Positions 21,526 through 31,853 are shown, counted from the first letter of the stretch. The stretch is DNA of 64,000 nt from an uncultured Actinomycetes bacterium (GCA_963742735.1 CAVUMN010000004.1:608001-672000); one strand, 5' to 3'. The notes: generated by a model from the sequence alone, not told the origin. Numbers and translations are program-made.

Positions 21526-24500
21526 CTACGCCGAGCGATGCGAGCAGGTCTCGGGCGTGTGACGTCTCCCGCGCCGCGCCGATCCGCGCCAGGTCCTCGT
21601 ACGCCGCGGCCGCCTCCGCGCGGGCCCGCGCGGGCGAGGCGCTGACCAGCGCGGAGGCGAGGTCGAGGCGCGTGCGGGCGTCCTCCCAGCCGGCGTCGAG
21701 CGACGCGAACCGGTCCAGGGCATGGCGCAACGAGCGCGACGCCACGTCGGGCTGGCCGTCGGCCGAGGGCGGCCCGCCCCTCGAGCCGGTCGGCGAAGGC
21801 CGGCAGGGCCTGCAGCCCGTTGTCGGCGGCGTGCTGCGCGCCTCGCTCAGCAGCTTGTCGGCGTCGTCCCATTCACCGGCCTCGGCGACCAGCTCGCAGC
21901 GGGCCTCGAGGATCAGGCCCGGCGTTCTGGCGGCTGGTGTTGGGGTCCACATCGTGAAGGATGGTGCGCGCGCGTTCGAACTGGCCCCGGCGGGCGAGGG
22001 TCTCGCCCAGCCAGCTGAGATCGACGCCGAGCGGGGAGGGGCGTGCGTCTCGGAGACGTGGCCAGGCGTTCAGGTAGCGGTCGGCCGCGCCTCGGTTGCC
22101 CATGCAGTCCAGGAGGAAGGCGGCGCCGCCGTACGCGCGGAGCGCGAAGCCGGGTGGCTCGTCCCAGCGGTCGCCGAGGAACTCGTTCATCCGTGCCAGC
22201 GTGGCCAGGGCGTCGTCCCAGCGGCCGATACGGATCAGGGCGAGCATCCGCCAGGTCAGGCGTGCAGAGGTCGACGCCCGGCGTGCCCTCGGAGAGGGCC
22301 GACACCCTGGTCCGCGTTGGCCAGCGTCGCCGCGTAGCGGCCGACGTGGAACTCGCCCCAGGCGGCGACCGCGTACAGGTCGCCGAGCTCGAAGGGGTCG
22401 CTCAGCTTCGGGACCAGCGCGAGCCGTCGCTCGAGGATCCGCTGCTGTCCGCCGTAGTCCCCGCGGCCAGATCGCTCGCGGCGAGCGGCGTCGAGCGCGG
22501 CCGAGGCCAGGTCCGGTCGTCCAGCCGCTGGGCCATGGCCGCGGCGTCCTCGGCGTCGCGCCGAGCCGCTTCCTCGCCGTCCTCCGCGAGGTCCTGTGCG
22601 GAACGCGAAGGGCCAGAAGGCCCGGGCCACCAGGAGCCGGACCCGCGTCGTGGTGTCGCCCGCCTCCAGGTTCTCGAACCCGAGGTCGATCACCTCGCGG
22701 ACCTCGTTCGGCGGCCGGGGTCGTCTTCATGGACCCCGGCCAGCGCGTGGGCAGGTCGGCGCGCTTCGCGCACAGCCGCGCCAGCCGGCGGCGGTCCTCC
22801 TCCGTTTCGCGGGGCTGAGACCTTGATGGCCTCGTCCGTAGACGTTCCAGCGCATCGTCGCCCCGGTACTGCAGGAACTGGCGCGTCTCCCAGGGCCTCG
22901 AGCGCCTCGGAGTGCTCGCGGCCGTCCATGGCGATCGAGTCCGCCTCCTCGGCCAGGTGCATCCGCCTTCTCCAGTGCCAGACGTCTTGCGCGCCTCCTT
23001 CGAGGCGGAGAGCAGGGTCGAGACCGCGCCGGCCGCAGCGCGCTCGGTGTCCGCCGCCTCGGACGGCGGGTCGTCCTGGGCGGCCCGGAAGGCCTCCAGG
23101 AAGTGGTACGCCAGCAGCTCGGCGAACTCGGCCTGCCGCTCGCCGGCGGTCGTCTCGATCCACTCGGCGACCCGCCCGTGCGCCCTGGCGCGCTCCGCGC
23201 GGGGGAGCGTGCCGTAGGCGACGTCACGGGTGAGGACGTGCTTGAAGATGTACTCGCGCTCTCCGCCGATGGTCGAGCCGAGCCGGGCCGAGACGAGGTC
23301 GCGGCCCTCGAGCTGGCCGAGCAGCTCCTCGAGGTCCGTCGCCGTCGCCGTTGAGCAGGTTGCCGACGGTGCCGGTCCAGAAGACGCGCCCGACGACGGC
23401 GGCCGACTGCAGCGCCCGCTTCTCCGCCGGCTCGAGCAGGTCGATGCGCGCGGCGAGGACCGCCCTGCACCGTGTCCGGGATGACGACGTCGTCGATCGC
23501 TGCCGCCGCCATCCAGCCGCTGCCGCGGCGGACGATCTGCCCCTCGTCGATCAGCTGGCGGATGATCTCCTCGAGGAAGAACGGGTTGCCCTCGGCCCGG
23601 TCCAGGATGCGGTTGCGGAGCCGCTCGGGGAGCTCCTCGACCGTCGAGCAGGAACCCGACCAGCCGCTGGGCGTCCTCCTCTCGACAACGGTTCCAGCGA
23701 GACCCCGCTGGCAGTTGCGGCGCCCGCCGCCCCATCCCGGCCGGCGCTGGGTGAGCTCGGGACGGGACGGGGCACAGGAACAGGACCGGTCCGACCACGC
23801 GCTCGGCCAGCTCCTCGAGCAGGTCGAGCAGGGCCGGGTCGGCCCAGTGGATGTCCTCGACGATCACGATGACCGGGCGCTCGCGGGCCAGGCCCGAGAA
23901 CAGCGAGCGCCACGCCGCGTGCAGCTCCAGGCGGACCTGCCGTGGCGGGATGCTGCGCGAAGTCGTGCCGGGATCCTCGAGGCCGACGGTGTAAGGCGAG
24001 GGCGTCGGCGGCGCGCGCCGGCGTCCGGCGACAGGCCCTCGGCCAGGACCGAGCGCGCGAACGTCCGGATCTTCGCCAGGGCCTCGGCGGCGGGGTCCGT
24101 GGTCGAGCACGCCGGCCTGCTCCTTCAGGATCTCGCGCCAGCGGCCAGTAGGTGACCCCGTCGCCGTAGGGGAGGCACCGGCCCGCGCAGGACCAGTGGC
24201 TCGGGCTGCTGCAACCCGGCCCATTCCACGAACTCGCGGGTCCAGCCGGCTCTTGCCGACGCCCGGGTCGCCGTAGATCGTGACCAGGTGCGGGCTGGCC
24301 CTCCTCGTGACCCGGCCGTAGACGCGCTGGAGCAGGGCGAGCTCGTCGTCGCGGCCGACCATCGGCGCGTGCAGTCCCGGGACTCCACGCTCCACGATTC
24401 GCTCGGGCTGTGGCACGGGACGCCACGAGCTCCATCGCCGTGCGATCGGGCGATCCTTGCCCACGAGCTGGACCTGCGCCCAGCGGACGGAACCGGAAGC

Positions 24501-25142
24501 TGCGGGCCGCGCGGGCGGTACGCCGCGAGACCAGGACCTGCCCGGGCTCGGCCTGACTGCTCGAGCCGGGCCGCGACGTTGACCGCGTCGCCGGTGACGA
24601 TCGCCTCGCCCGGGCGCGGGTCGGTGACCGCGATGACCTCGCCGGTGTTGATGCCCACGCGGATCTGCAGCTCGACGTCGTGGGAGCTCGAGAGCCCCTC
24701 GTTCAGGGCGACCAGGCGAACGAGCATCCGGTACGCGGCGCGGACCGCCCGGGTGGGGTCGTCCTCGTGGGCCTGGGGCACGCCGAACGCGGCCATGATC
24801 GCGTCGCCGATGTATTTCTCGACCGTCCCGCCCTCGGCCTCGATCTCCTTGCGCATCGCGTCGAAGAACGAGCCCATCACGTCGCTGAGTGACTCGGGAT
24901 CGAGCCGCTCGCCGAGCGATCGTCGAGCCCACGACGTCGGCGAACATGACCGTGACGATCTTGCGCTCGCGCCCGGGCTCGGGCAGCTCCTCGACGGGCG
25001 TTCCGCAGGCCGAGCAGAACCGGGCGGCCTCCGGGATCTCTGCGCCGCAGCGCCTGCACGCGGGGACCAGGGACGTGCCGCACGACGCGCAGAAGCGCGC
25101 GTCGCTCGGGTTTTCCGCTCCGCACGTGGCACAGCGGTCCAT
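21526..25142 (-). CDS. Double zinc ribbon + class III adenylate/guanylate cyclase + STAND ATPase + TPR protein (multiple frameshifts; 3' end approximate)
   Basis: CATCG..CASCG..CRRCG..CSACG, ERKIVTVMFADVVGST, VEKYIGDAI, AHEDDP, VTGDAVNVAARL, GDPGVGKSRL, EDIHWAD, FKHVLTRDVAY across frames; TACACT 7 nt upstream of ATG. Confidence 0.85.
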
Positions 25143-25287
25143 GGGCAGAAGTGTAGGTCGCCGAAGCCGCCGGGCGGCGACGTCCATCGGGTCCATGTGT
25201 CCGCACCGTCCCGCACCCGCAGGGGGGATTGTTTGCATTGGTGGTGGGTAGGTTCCGCCCTCGAGACCGACGCGGAAGGAGGAACCC

Positions 25288-25671
25288 ATGCGAGGACGCA
25301 TGCGAATGCTGGCCGTGCTGCTGGCGGTCGTGGCGCTGCTCGGGGCGGCGTGCGGTGACGACACCCCCAGCGGCGACGGCGGAACGACCGGGGCACCCAC
25401 GGACGGGGTCGACGGCGAGGCGCAGCCGCTGGCGGCGCTGGACAACGAGTTCAACCCGTCGGACGTGACCGTCGAGTCCGGCGGGACTATCGGCTTCACC
25501 AACATGGGAGAGAACGAGCACAACTTCTCCGTCACCGACCAGGACATCAGCGAGGACGTCGAGCCCGGCGACTCCACCACCATCACGATCGATCTCGACG
25601 CGGGGAGCTACGAGTTCTTCTGCGAGTACCACGAGAGCGCGGGGATGACGGGGCGACTGACGGTCCTGTAA
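25288..25671 (+). CDS. Cupredoxin-domain lipoprotein
   Basis: Lipobox GAAC; HNF and CEYHESAGM type-1 copper ligands; AAGGAGG SD. Confidence 0.88.
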   Translation: MRGRMRMLAVLLAVVALLGAACGDDTPSGDGGTTGAPTDGVDGEAQPLAALDNEFNPSDVTVESGGTIGFTNMGENEHNFSVTDQDISEDVEPGDSTTITIDLDAGSYEFFCEYHESAGMTGRLTVL

Positions 25672-25683
25672 CCCCCTCGCCGA

Positions 25684-25758
25684 CCGACGCCCAAATCCCA
25701 CACCGGGAGGGGGGCCGGACCTAGACTTCGGCCCCCTTCCCCAACCCGAGGGCGTCGG
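25684..25758 (+). other. Nested inverted repeats between the cupredoxin gene and mreB
   Basis: Outer CCGACGCCC (25684-92) / GGGCGTCGG (25750-58); inner 14-bp stem 25705-18 / 25728-41 with two G-U pairs. Confidence 0.55.
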
Positions 25759-26808
25759 ATGATCTCGCATTCCTCGCGCCTTCCTCGGCCCCGGCGTCTC
25801 GGCTGGTGGTCGAGGTTGCATCGTCTCCGCGCGCCCCTCGGCCGCGACCTGGGCATCGACCTGGGCACCGCCAACACCGTGATCGTCGTTCGGGGCCAGG
25901 GCGTCGTGCTCACCCAGCCCTCGTACGTGGCGATCGACCGTGACGAGGGCCGGATCATCGCCATCGGCTCCGAGGCGAAGGAGATGGTCGGACGGGTCCC
26001 CGATCACATCGAGGTGATCCGCCCTCTCCGCGCGGGCGTGATCTCGGACTTCGAGGCGGCCCAGGCCATGCTCCGGGACCTGATCCACCGGGTCCACCGC
26101 CGGCGCGCGCTCGTGAAGCCCCGGGTGGTGGTGTGCGTGCCCTCCGGGGTCACTCAGGTGGAGGAGCGGGCGGTGGAGGAGGCCGTGGTCGAGGCCGGAG
26201 CCCGCAAGGCCGTGATCGTGACCGAGCCGCTGGCGGCCGCGCTGGGCGCGGGGCTTCCGGTGGACGGCCCCAAGGGGTCCATGGTCGTGGACGTTGGCGG
26301 CGGGACCACGGAGGTCGCCGTCTTCTCCCTGGGCGCCATGGTCGTGGGCCACTCGGCCCGGGTGGGGGGCGACGCGATCGACCAGGCGGTGATGGCCTTC
26401 CTGCGCAAACAGCACGGGATCCAGGTCGGCGAGCGAACCGCGGAGAAGATCAAGTGGGCCGTCGGCACCGCGTGGCCTCGGGACAACGAGACGATCGCGG
26501 AGATCCTCGGGCGCGACGTCGTCGACGGCCGTCCCCGGCGGGTGCTCATCGCCGAGGACGACTTCCGGGAGGGGATCAACGAGCCGATCCAGGCCATCGT
26601 CGACGCCGTGACCGGGGTCTTCGACCGGATGCCCCCCGAGCTGACCCCGGACGTGGTGGCCCGCGGCATGACCCTCACCGGCGGAGGCGCGCTCCTGGCC
26701 GGTCTGGACGAGCGGATCCAGGACGAGACCGGCGTGCAGGTGTTCGTGGACCGCGAGCCGCTGTCGTGCGTGGCCCGGGGCGCCGGGCTGCTCCTCGAGC
26801 GCCTCTAG
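25759..26808 (+). CDS. mreB: Rod shape-determining protein MreB/Mbl (start uncertain)
   Basis: GIDLGTANT, IRPLRAGVISDF, EPLAAALGAG, VDVGGGTTE, TGGGALL. Confidence 0.92.
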   Translation: MISHSSRLPRPRRLGWWSRLHRLRAPLGRDLGIDLGTANTVIVVRGQGVVLTQPSYVAIDRDEGRIIAIGSEAKEMVGRVPDHIEVIRPLRAGVISDFEAAQAMLRDLIHRVHRRRALVKPRVVVCVPSGVTQVEERAVEEAVVEAGARKAVIVTEPLAAALGAGLPVDGPKGSMVVDVGGGTTEVAVFSLGAMVVGHSARVGGDAIDQAVMAFLRKQHGIQVGERTAEKIKWAVGTAWPRDNETIAEILGRDVVDGRPRRVLIAEDDFREGINEPIQAIVDAVTGVFDRMPPELTPDVVARGMTLTGGGALLAGLDERIQDETGVQVFVDREPLSCVARGAGLLLERL

Positions 26809-26824
26809 GGGGCGAGGGCGGCAC

Positions 26825-26862
26825 AAACGAAAGCGCCGGAGTCCGAAGACTCCAGCGCTTTC
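26825..26862 (-). terminator. Intrinsic terminator-like hairpin between convergent genes
   Basis: Minus strand GAAAGCGCTGGAGTC-TTCG-GACTCCGGCGCTTTC followed by GTTT; cUUCGg tetraloop. Confidence 0.75.
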
Positions 26863-26926
26863 ACGGCGATTTCTACGCCATTGGCCGGGCGCCGGTCAAG
26901 CCGGCGTTCGAGTTTTGTCACTCTTT

Positions 26927-27586
26927 CTACTCCGCGGCCAGCGCGGGCAGCTGCCTCCATGCCCCGGCCACGCGCTGGAGCACGGTCAGGCCCCCCATCC
27001 CCACGAGGATGACGAGCACCGGCAGCATGGCCCCAGGCGCGGTGAGCCCGATCATCAAGGCGACGTAGCGCTCCATGCGCTGGAAGAACCCCTCGCTCAC
27101 CTTGACCCCGTAGGCCTCGCCCTCGGCGCGCAGGTGGCTGACCCCCAGCGAGATGACCAGGGCGCCGAGCGCCAGACCGGCCTCGAGCCGGAGCCCCTGC
27201 TCCGCGAGGGACCAGAAGATGGCCCCGAACATCAGCATGTCGGCCACCCGGTCGAGCGAGGAGTCCAGGAAGGCGCCGAACTGGCTGTCCTCGCCCCGTT
27301 GTCGCGCGACGGACCCGTCGAGAACGTCGAAGATCCCCGCGGGGATCAGCAGCAGCCCGGGAACGAACCAGGCGCCGCCGACGATCAGGAACGCGGCCAC
27401 CGCGCTCGTGAGCAGCGAAAGCATGGTGAGCTCCCACGGCCGGATTCCGGACCGGATCAGCCCTGCCAGTGCCAGGCGGAACGGCCACGTGAAGACCCGC
27501 TGGAACAGGGGGCCCATCGCGCTCGGGTTCCGCCGGGGGCCGGGGAGGTCGCGCGCCTTCGGGTTCCGGGAGGTGGGCTCGCCCAT
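26927..27586 (-). CDS. CDP-alcohol phosphatidyltransferase (PgsA/PI synthase-like; start uncertain)
   Basis: DVLDGSVAR...GAFLDSSLD signature; multiple TM helices. Confidence 0.9.
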   Translation of the reverse strand: MGEPTSRNPKARDLPGPRRNPSAMGPLFQRVFTWPFRLALAGLIRSGIRPWELTMLSLLTSAVAAFLIVGGAWFVPGLLLIPAGIFDVLDGSVARQRGEDSQFGAFLDSSLDRVADMLMFGAIFWSLAEQGLRLEAGLALGALVISLGVSHLRAEGEAYGVKVSEGFFQRMERYVALMIGLTAPGAMLPVLVILVGMGGLTVLQRVAGAWRQLPALAAE

Positions 27587-27705
27587 TGCGGCGGAGCCTA
27601 CCTCCGGCGGGTCCGTGCGGGGAGCTTGCATCGTTGAGGCGGTTGCCTTCACGCTTGCCCGGGTACGCGTGTAGAAGGCAAGCCAAGCGCACGAAGGAGG
27701 TTCGC

Positions 27706-28134
27706 ATGCCTGCGAAGGACAAGGTCAAAGAGGTCGGGTTCGCGGCCGTCGGCGCCGCCGGCCTGGCGGTGGAGACGGCGAAGACCGTTGCCAGGACGGC
27801 CACGAAGCGTGCGGAGGGCGCCCGGAAGTCCGCGACCAAGGTCGCCCGCGACGTGACCACGCGCGGCAAGCGGGTGGCCGGGACGGTGACCACGCGCGGC
27901 AAGCGGGTGGCCGGCAGCGTGACCAACCGAGCGTCCGGGACCGCGAAGCGCGCCGTCGGCCAGGCCAGGTCCGTGGCGAAACGCGCCGCGTCCACGACGA
28001 AGCGGACGGCCAAGCGGGCGCCCGCCAAGAAGTCCTCGGCCAAGAAGTCCCCGGCGAAGCGGTCCGGCACGAAGAAGTCCACGGCGAAGCGGCCCGCTGC
28101 CCGAAAGGCCGCGGCGAGCCGGTCGAGCGGCTAG
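27706..28134 (+). CDS. Lys/Ala-rich basic protein with 11-aa repeats and PAKK tail
   Basis: AAGGAGG SD; hydrophobic N-helix, VTTRGKRVAG twice, PAKKSSAKKSPAKR tail. Confidence 0.75.
   Translation: MPAKDKVKEVGFAAVGAAGLAVETAKTVARTATKRAEGARKSATKVARDVTTRGKRVAGTVTTRGKRVAGSVTNRASGTAKRAVGQARSVAKRAASTTKRTAKRAPAKKSSAKKSPAKRSGTKKSTAKRPAARKAAASRSSG
27853..27914 (+). repeat. 33-bp-period tandem duplication within a CDS
   Basis: GTGACCACGCGCGGCAAGCGGGTGGCCGG at 27853 and 27886, with a partial third copy following. Confidence 0.85.
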
Positions 28135-28928
28135 CCGGTCGCCGGCTCCGGCTGGCACGCGGGGCAGAACCAGGTGGTCCGGCCGGCGGCGACCGTTCGC
28201 TCCAGCGCGGTTCCGCATCTCGGGCAGCGGGCGCCCGGCCGGCCTCGGACGTGAGAGAGCCACGATCGCTTGCGGCTCAGGTAGTCGTAGCGGTCGACGG
28301 CCTCACGCAGCACCGACCGGCTCACCCTGGCGAGGTTGAGGACCTCGTCGTCGGAGAGGTCCTCGAACCGGCGCCTGGGATGCAGACGGGCCTGCCACAG
28401 CACCTCGTCGGCGACGAGGTTCCCGATGCCGCTCAGGAGCGACTGGTCCATGAGCGCCGACTTCACCTGTCCCCGCCGCGTCCGGAGGCGTGCCGCCACC
28501 GCTCTCGGCTCCAGGGCGAGGGCGTCCGGCCCCACCTGGGCCAGCACGGCCCCGAGGCCCGGCTCGTCCAGGGCCAGCCAGAGTCCGCCGAGCTTGCGCA
28601 TATTGCGAAACCTGATCTCCCCGGCGTCCGTCTCGAAGATGACGCGGTCGTGACGGTGGCGGCCGGCCGGGTCCTCCGCCCAGCTCAGTCCGCCGTCCAT
28701 CCCGAAATGCAGGACCACGGTGGGGCCGTCGGTCGGGGCCAGGAGCCACTTGCCGATCCGGCCGGGGTCCTCGAAGCGCCGCCCTCGCAGGGCCGCGTCC
28801 AGGTCGCGCCCGCTCACGCCGCCGCGGAGGATCCCCGGGTCGGTGACCACCGCGCGCCGGACCGTGCGGCCGGGCGCATGGGCGGCCCAGGTGCGCCGCA
28901 GATGTTCGACGTCGGGGAGCTCGGGCAT
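28131..28928 (-). CDS. Fpg/MutM-like DNA glycosylase paralog
   Basis: MPELPDVE, GKWL, HFGMDG, SGIGNL, CPRC...CPACQ. Confidence 0.9.
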   Translation of the reverse strand: MPELPDVEHLRRTWAAHAPGRTVRRAVVTDPGILRGGVSGRDLDAALRGRRFEDPGRIGKWLLAPTDGPTVVLHFGMDGGLSWAEDPAGRHRHDRVIFETDAGEIRFRNMRKLGGLWLALDEPGLGAVLAQVGPDALALEPRAVAARLRTRRGQVKSALMDQSLLSGIGNLVADEVLWQARLHPRRRFEDLSDDEVLNLARVSRSVLREAVDRYDYLSRKRSWLSHVRGRPGARCPRCGTALERTVAAGRTTWFCPACQPEPATG

Positions 28929-28955
28929 GGCTCGAGAGTGTAGGCAGGGGCCGCG

Positions 28956-29384
28956 TTGAGATCGCGACCGGGGCTCTGGAGGGTCCTGTGGCGCGGCGCC
29001 CGCCGCCGGTGCCCTCGCTGCGGGGCGGGCGGCCTGTTCGAGAGCTGGTTCAGGATGCGCCCGGCCTGTGCGAGCTGTGGGCTGGAGACGGAGCGGCGCG
29101 AGGAAGGCTTCTGGCTCGGCGGGATGGCCATCAACCTGGGGATCACGCAGGTCCTGTTCTTCGCGTTCCTGATCGGCGGGATGGTCCTGACGTGGCCGGA
29201 TCCACCCTGGACGTGGCTGCTGATCGGCGGCCTCGCGATGAACCTGGTGCTGCCGTTCCTGTTCTATCCGATGTCGAAGTCGATCTTCCTCGCCGTCGAC
29301 ATGCTCATGTTCCGGATGGACCCGCGGCAGGATCAGCCGCAGGGTCCGTACGATTCGCCGAGCGAGCCGAGGAGGGAACAGTGA
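28956..29384 (+). CDS. DUF983-like zinc-finger membrane protein
   Basis: RRCPRCGAGGLF...CASCG, REEGFWLG, two TM helices. Confidence 0.78.
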   Translation: MRSRPGLWRVLWRGARRRCPRCGAGGLFESWFRMRPACASCGLETERREEGFWLGGMAINLGITQVLFFAFLIGGMVLTWPDPPWTWLLIGGLAMNLVLPFLFYPMSKSIFLAVDMLMFRMDPRQDQPQGPYDSPSEPRREQ

Positions 29385-29689
29385 GCTGGACCACGGTGGG
29401 GAAGGCGGGCGAGGTCCGCGACGGCGACATCCGCACGTACTTCATCGGCGACCGGCGGATCGCCGTGGCACGCGAGGGCGACGCCCTGTACGCGTTCGAC
29501 GACGAGTGCCGGCACCAGCGGTGCTCGCTGTCCGACGGCGACGTCGAGGAGGCCACCGTGATGTGCCCGTGCCACGCCGGGACGTACGACCTGACCACCG
29601 GCGCCGTGATCTCCGGCCCTCCCCCCGAGCCGATCGGCGTCTATCCCGTGGCCGAGGAGGACGGGGAGCTGCGCATCTCGGTCGACTGA
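29381..29689 (+). CDS. Rieske [2Fe-2S] ferredoxin
   Basis: CRH...CPCH; GTG overlaps the previous stop. Confidence 0.9.
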   Translation: MSWTTVGKAGEVRDGDIRTYFIGDRRIAVAREGDALYAFDDECRHQRCSLSDGDVEEATVMCPCHAGTYDLTTGAVISGPPPEPIGVYPVAEEDGELRISVD

Positions 29690-30918
29690 TGCCCGAACGG
29701 ATCGCGATCGTGGGCGCGAGCCTGGCCGGGGGGACGGCGGCGGCGACGCTTCGCGACGAGGGCTTCGACGGCGAGATCGTCCTGATCGGCGAGGAGTCGC
29801 AGCCCCCGTACGAGCGACCCCCGCTCTCGAAGGAGTACCTGCGGGGCGAGGAACCCTTCGAGCGGGCCCTCGTCCGGCCGGAGGCGTTCTGGGCCGAGGC
29901 GGGGATCACCCTGCGCACCGGCGAGCGGGCGGAGTCCCTCGACCTCGCGGGTCGAACGGTGCGGCTGGCCGGAGGCGACGAGGTGGCGTTCGACCGGCTG
30001 CTGCTGACCACGGGCGGCGTGAACCGGCGGCTCCCCGTACCGGGCGCGGACCTGGACAACGTGCTGGACCTGCGCACGGTCGCCGACGCCGACCGGATCC
30101 GGGAGGCCGCGTCCGGCGCGACCTCGGCCGTGGTCGTGGGCATGGGGTTCATCGGCGCCGAGGTGGCCGCGTCGCTGCGGCAGCGCGGCCTGGACGTGAC
30201 CGTGGTCGAGGTGGTCACGACGGCCCTCGTCCGCGCGTTGGGGGAGGAGGTCGGCCGCGCGGTGGAGGCCTGCCACCGCGACCAGGGCGTCGTGATGCGG
30301 TTCAACGACGGCGTCGAGGCGTTCGAAGGCGACGGCCGCGTCGAGCGGGTCCGCACGAAGACGGGCGACGTCGAGTGCGACCTCGCCGTCGTCGGGGTCG
30401 GCATCCGGCCCGCGACGGAGCTCGCCGAGGCCGCGGGTCTCGACATCGACGACGGCATCGTCGTCGACGAGCTGTGCCGGACCTCCGCCGAGGGCGTCTA
30501 CGCGGCCGGGGACGTGGCCCGCCACGTCCACCCCCTGGCCGGCGGCCCCATCCGGGTGGAGCACTGGAACAACGCGATCAAGCAGGGGGAGGCCGCCGCG
30601 CGCAGCATGCTGGGGGTGGGCGAGCCGTACGCCGAGGTGCACTGGTTCTGGTCGGACCAGTTCGAGCACAACCTGCAGTACGCCGGGTTCCACGGAGACC
30701 ACGACGAGCTCGTGGTGCGGGGAAGCCTGGAGGAGCGTCGGTTCGCCGCCTTCTACCTCGAGGACGGGAAGCTGACCGGCGTCGCCTCCCTCGACTGGCC
30801 GCGCGACGTCCGCCGCGCGCAGAAGCTGATCGCCGCCGGCGTCTCGCCGGACCCGGCCGCGCTACGCGATCCCGGCGTCGATCTGCGTACGCTGGCTCCG
30901 GCAAAGGAGACGCCATGA
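29689..30918 (+). CDS. FAD-dependent ferredoxin reductase
   Basis: GASLAG, YERPPLSK, GMGFIGAE, YAAGD, FWSDQ. Confidence 0.92.
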   Translation: MPERIAIVGASLAGGTAAATLRDEGFDGEIVLIGEESQPPYERPPLSKEYLRGEEPFERALVRPEAFWAEAGITLRTGERAESLDLAGRTVRLAGGDEVAFDRLLLTTGGVNRRLPVPGADLDNVLDLRTVADADRIREAASGATSAVVVGMGFIGAEVAASLRQRGLDVTVVEVVTTALVRALGEEVGRAVEACHRDQGVVMRFNDGVEAFEGDGRVERVRTKTGDVECDLAVVGVGIRPATELAEAAGLDIDDGIVVDELCRTSAEGVYAAGDVARHVHPLAGGPIRVEHWNNAIKQGEAAARSMLGVGEPYAEVHWFWSDQFEHNLQYAGFHGDHDELVVRGSLEERRFAAFYLEDGKLTGVASLDWPRDVRRAQKLIAAGVSPDPAALRDPGVDLRTLAPAKETP

Positions 30919-31853
30919 GGCTCGGCATGGTTGGGCTGGGGCGGATGGGCGGCAACATGACCGCCCGGCTGATCCGGTTCGGGCACGAGGTCGTTGCGTT
31001 CGACCCGGCGGCCGACGCCCGTGAGCGGGCCGGCGCGGCCGGCGCCGAGCCGGTCGATTCGATCGCCGGGATCGTGGCGGCGCTCGAGGGGCCCCGGGTG
31101 GTGTGGGTGATGGTCCCCGCCGGCCCGGTCACCGACTCGATCCTCTCGGAGCTCGGCGCCGCACTGTCCGAGGGCGACCTGGTCGTCGACGGGGGCAACT
31201 CCAAGTACACGGAGTCACAGCGCCACGCCCGGGAGCTCGCCGCGAACGGCATCGCCTTCCTGGACTGCGGGACGAGCGGCGGCGTGTGGGGACTGGAGAA
31301 CGGCTACTGCCTGATGGTGGGCGGCGAACCGGACGCGTTCGCGCTGGCCGAGCCGGTCTTCGCCGCGCTCGCGCCCGAAGGCGGATACGCCCACGTGGGC
31401 CCCTCCGGCGCCGGACACTTCGTGAAGATGGTCCACAACGGCATCGAGTACGGGTTGCTCGCCGCCTACGGCGAGGGCTTCGAGATCATGCGGGCGTCCT
31501 CGTTCGACCTGGACCTGCCGGAGATCGCCTCGATCTGGCAGTACGGCAGCGTGGTCCGGTCGTGGCTGCTCGAGCTCCTGGTCGGCGCGTACGAGCAGGA
31601 CCCGGGCCTCGAGGGCGTCCGCGGATACGTCGAGGACTCCGGCGAGGGGCGGTGGACGCTCGAGGCCGCGATCGAGGAGAACGTGCCGGCGTTCAGCACC
31701 GCGTCGGCGCTGTTCCTGCGGTTCCTTTCGCGGCAGGACGAGTCCTACGCGGCGAAGGTCATCGCGGCGCTGCGCCAGCAGTTCGGCGGCCACGCGGTGA
31801 AGGCCATCGAGACTCCGGAGTCGCCCGAGGCCGGCCCGGGGGGCGAGGGCTGA
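30915..31853 (+). CDS. gnd: 6-phosphogluconate dehydrogenase, decarboxylating (short YqeC type)
   Basis: GLGRMG, VDGGNS, GHFVKMVHNGIEYG, DSGEGRWT, QFGGH. Confidence 0.93.
   Translation: MRLGMVGLGRMGGNMTARLIRFGHEVVAFDPAADARERAGAAGAEPVDSIAGIVAALEGPRVVWVMVPAGPVTDSILSELGAALSEGDLVVDGGNSKYTESQRHARELAANGIAFLDCGTSGGVWGLENGYCLMVGGEPDAFALAEPVFAALAPEGGYAHVGPSGAGHFVKMVHNGIEYGLLAAYGEGFEIMRASSFDLDLPEIASIWQYGSVVRSWLLELLVGAYEQDPGLEGVRGYVEDSGEGRWTLEAAIEENVPAFSTASALFLRFLSRQDESYAAKVIAALRQQFGGHAVKAIETPESPEAGPGGEG

Noticed and set aside
17066-25142. lhr and the zinc-ribbon cyclase as true pseudogenes or programmed frameshifts
   Set aside because: Motifs are intact across frames and the indels cluster regionally, as expected of read error; no slippery-site pattern was seen. 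This cannot be fully excluded without reads.
26808-26927. tRNA or ncRNA in the intergenic region
   Set aside because: No cloverleaf or T-loop; a single hairpin consistent with a terminator.
27853-27930. CRISPR-like direct repeats
   Set aside because: In-frame coding tandem repeat with no spacers and no cas genes.
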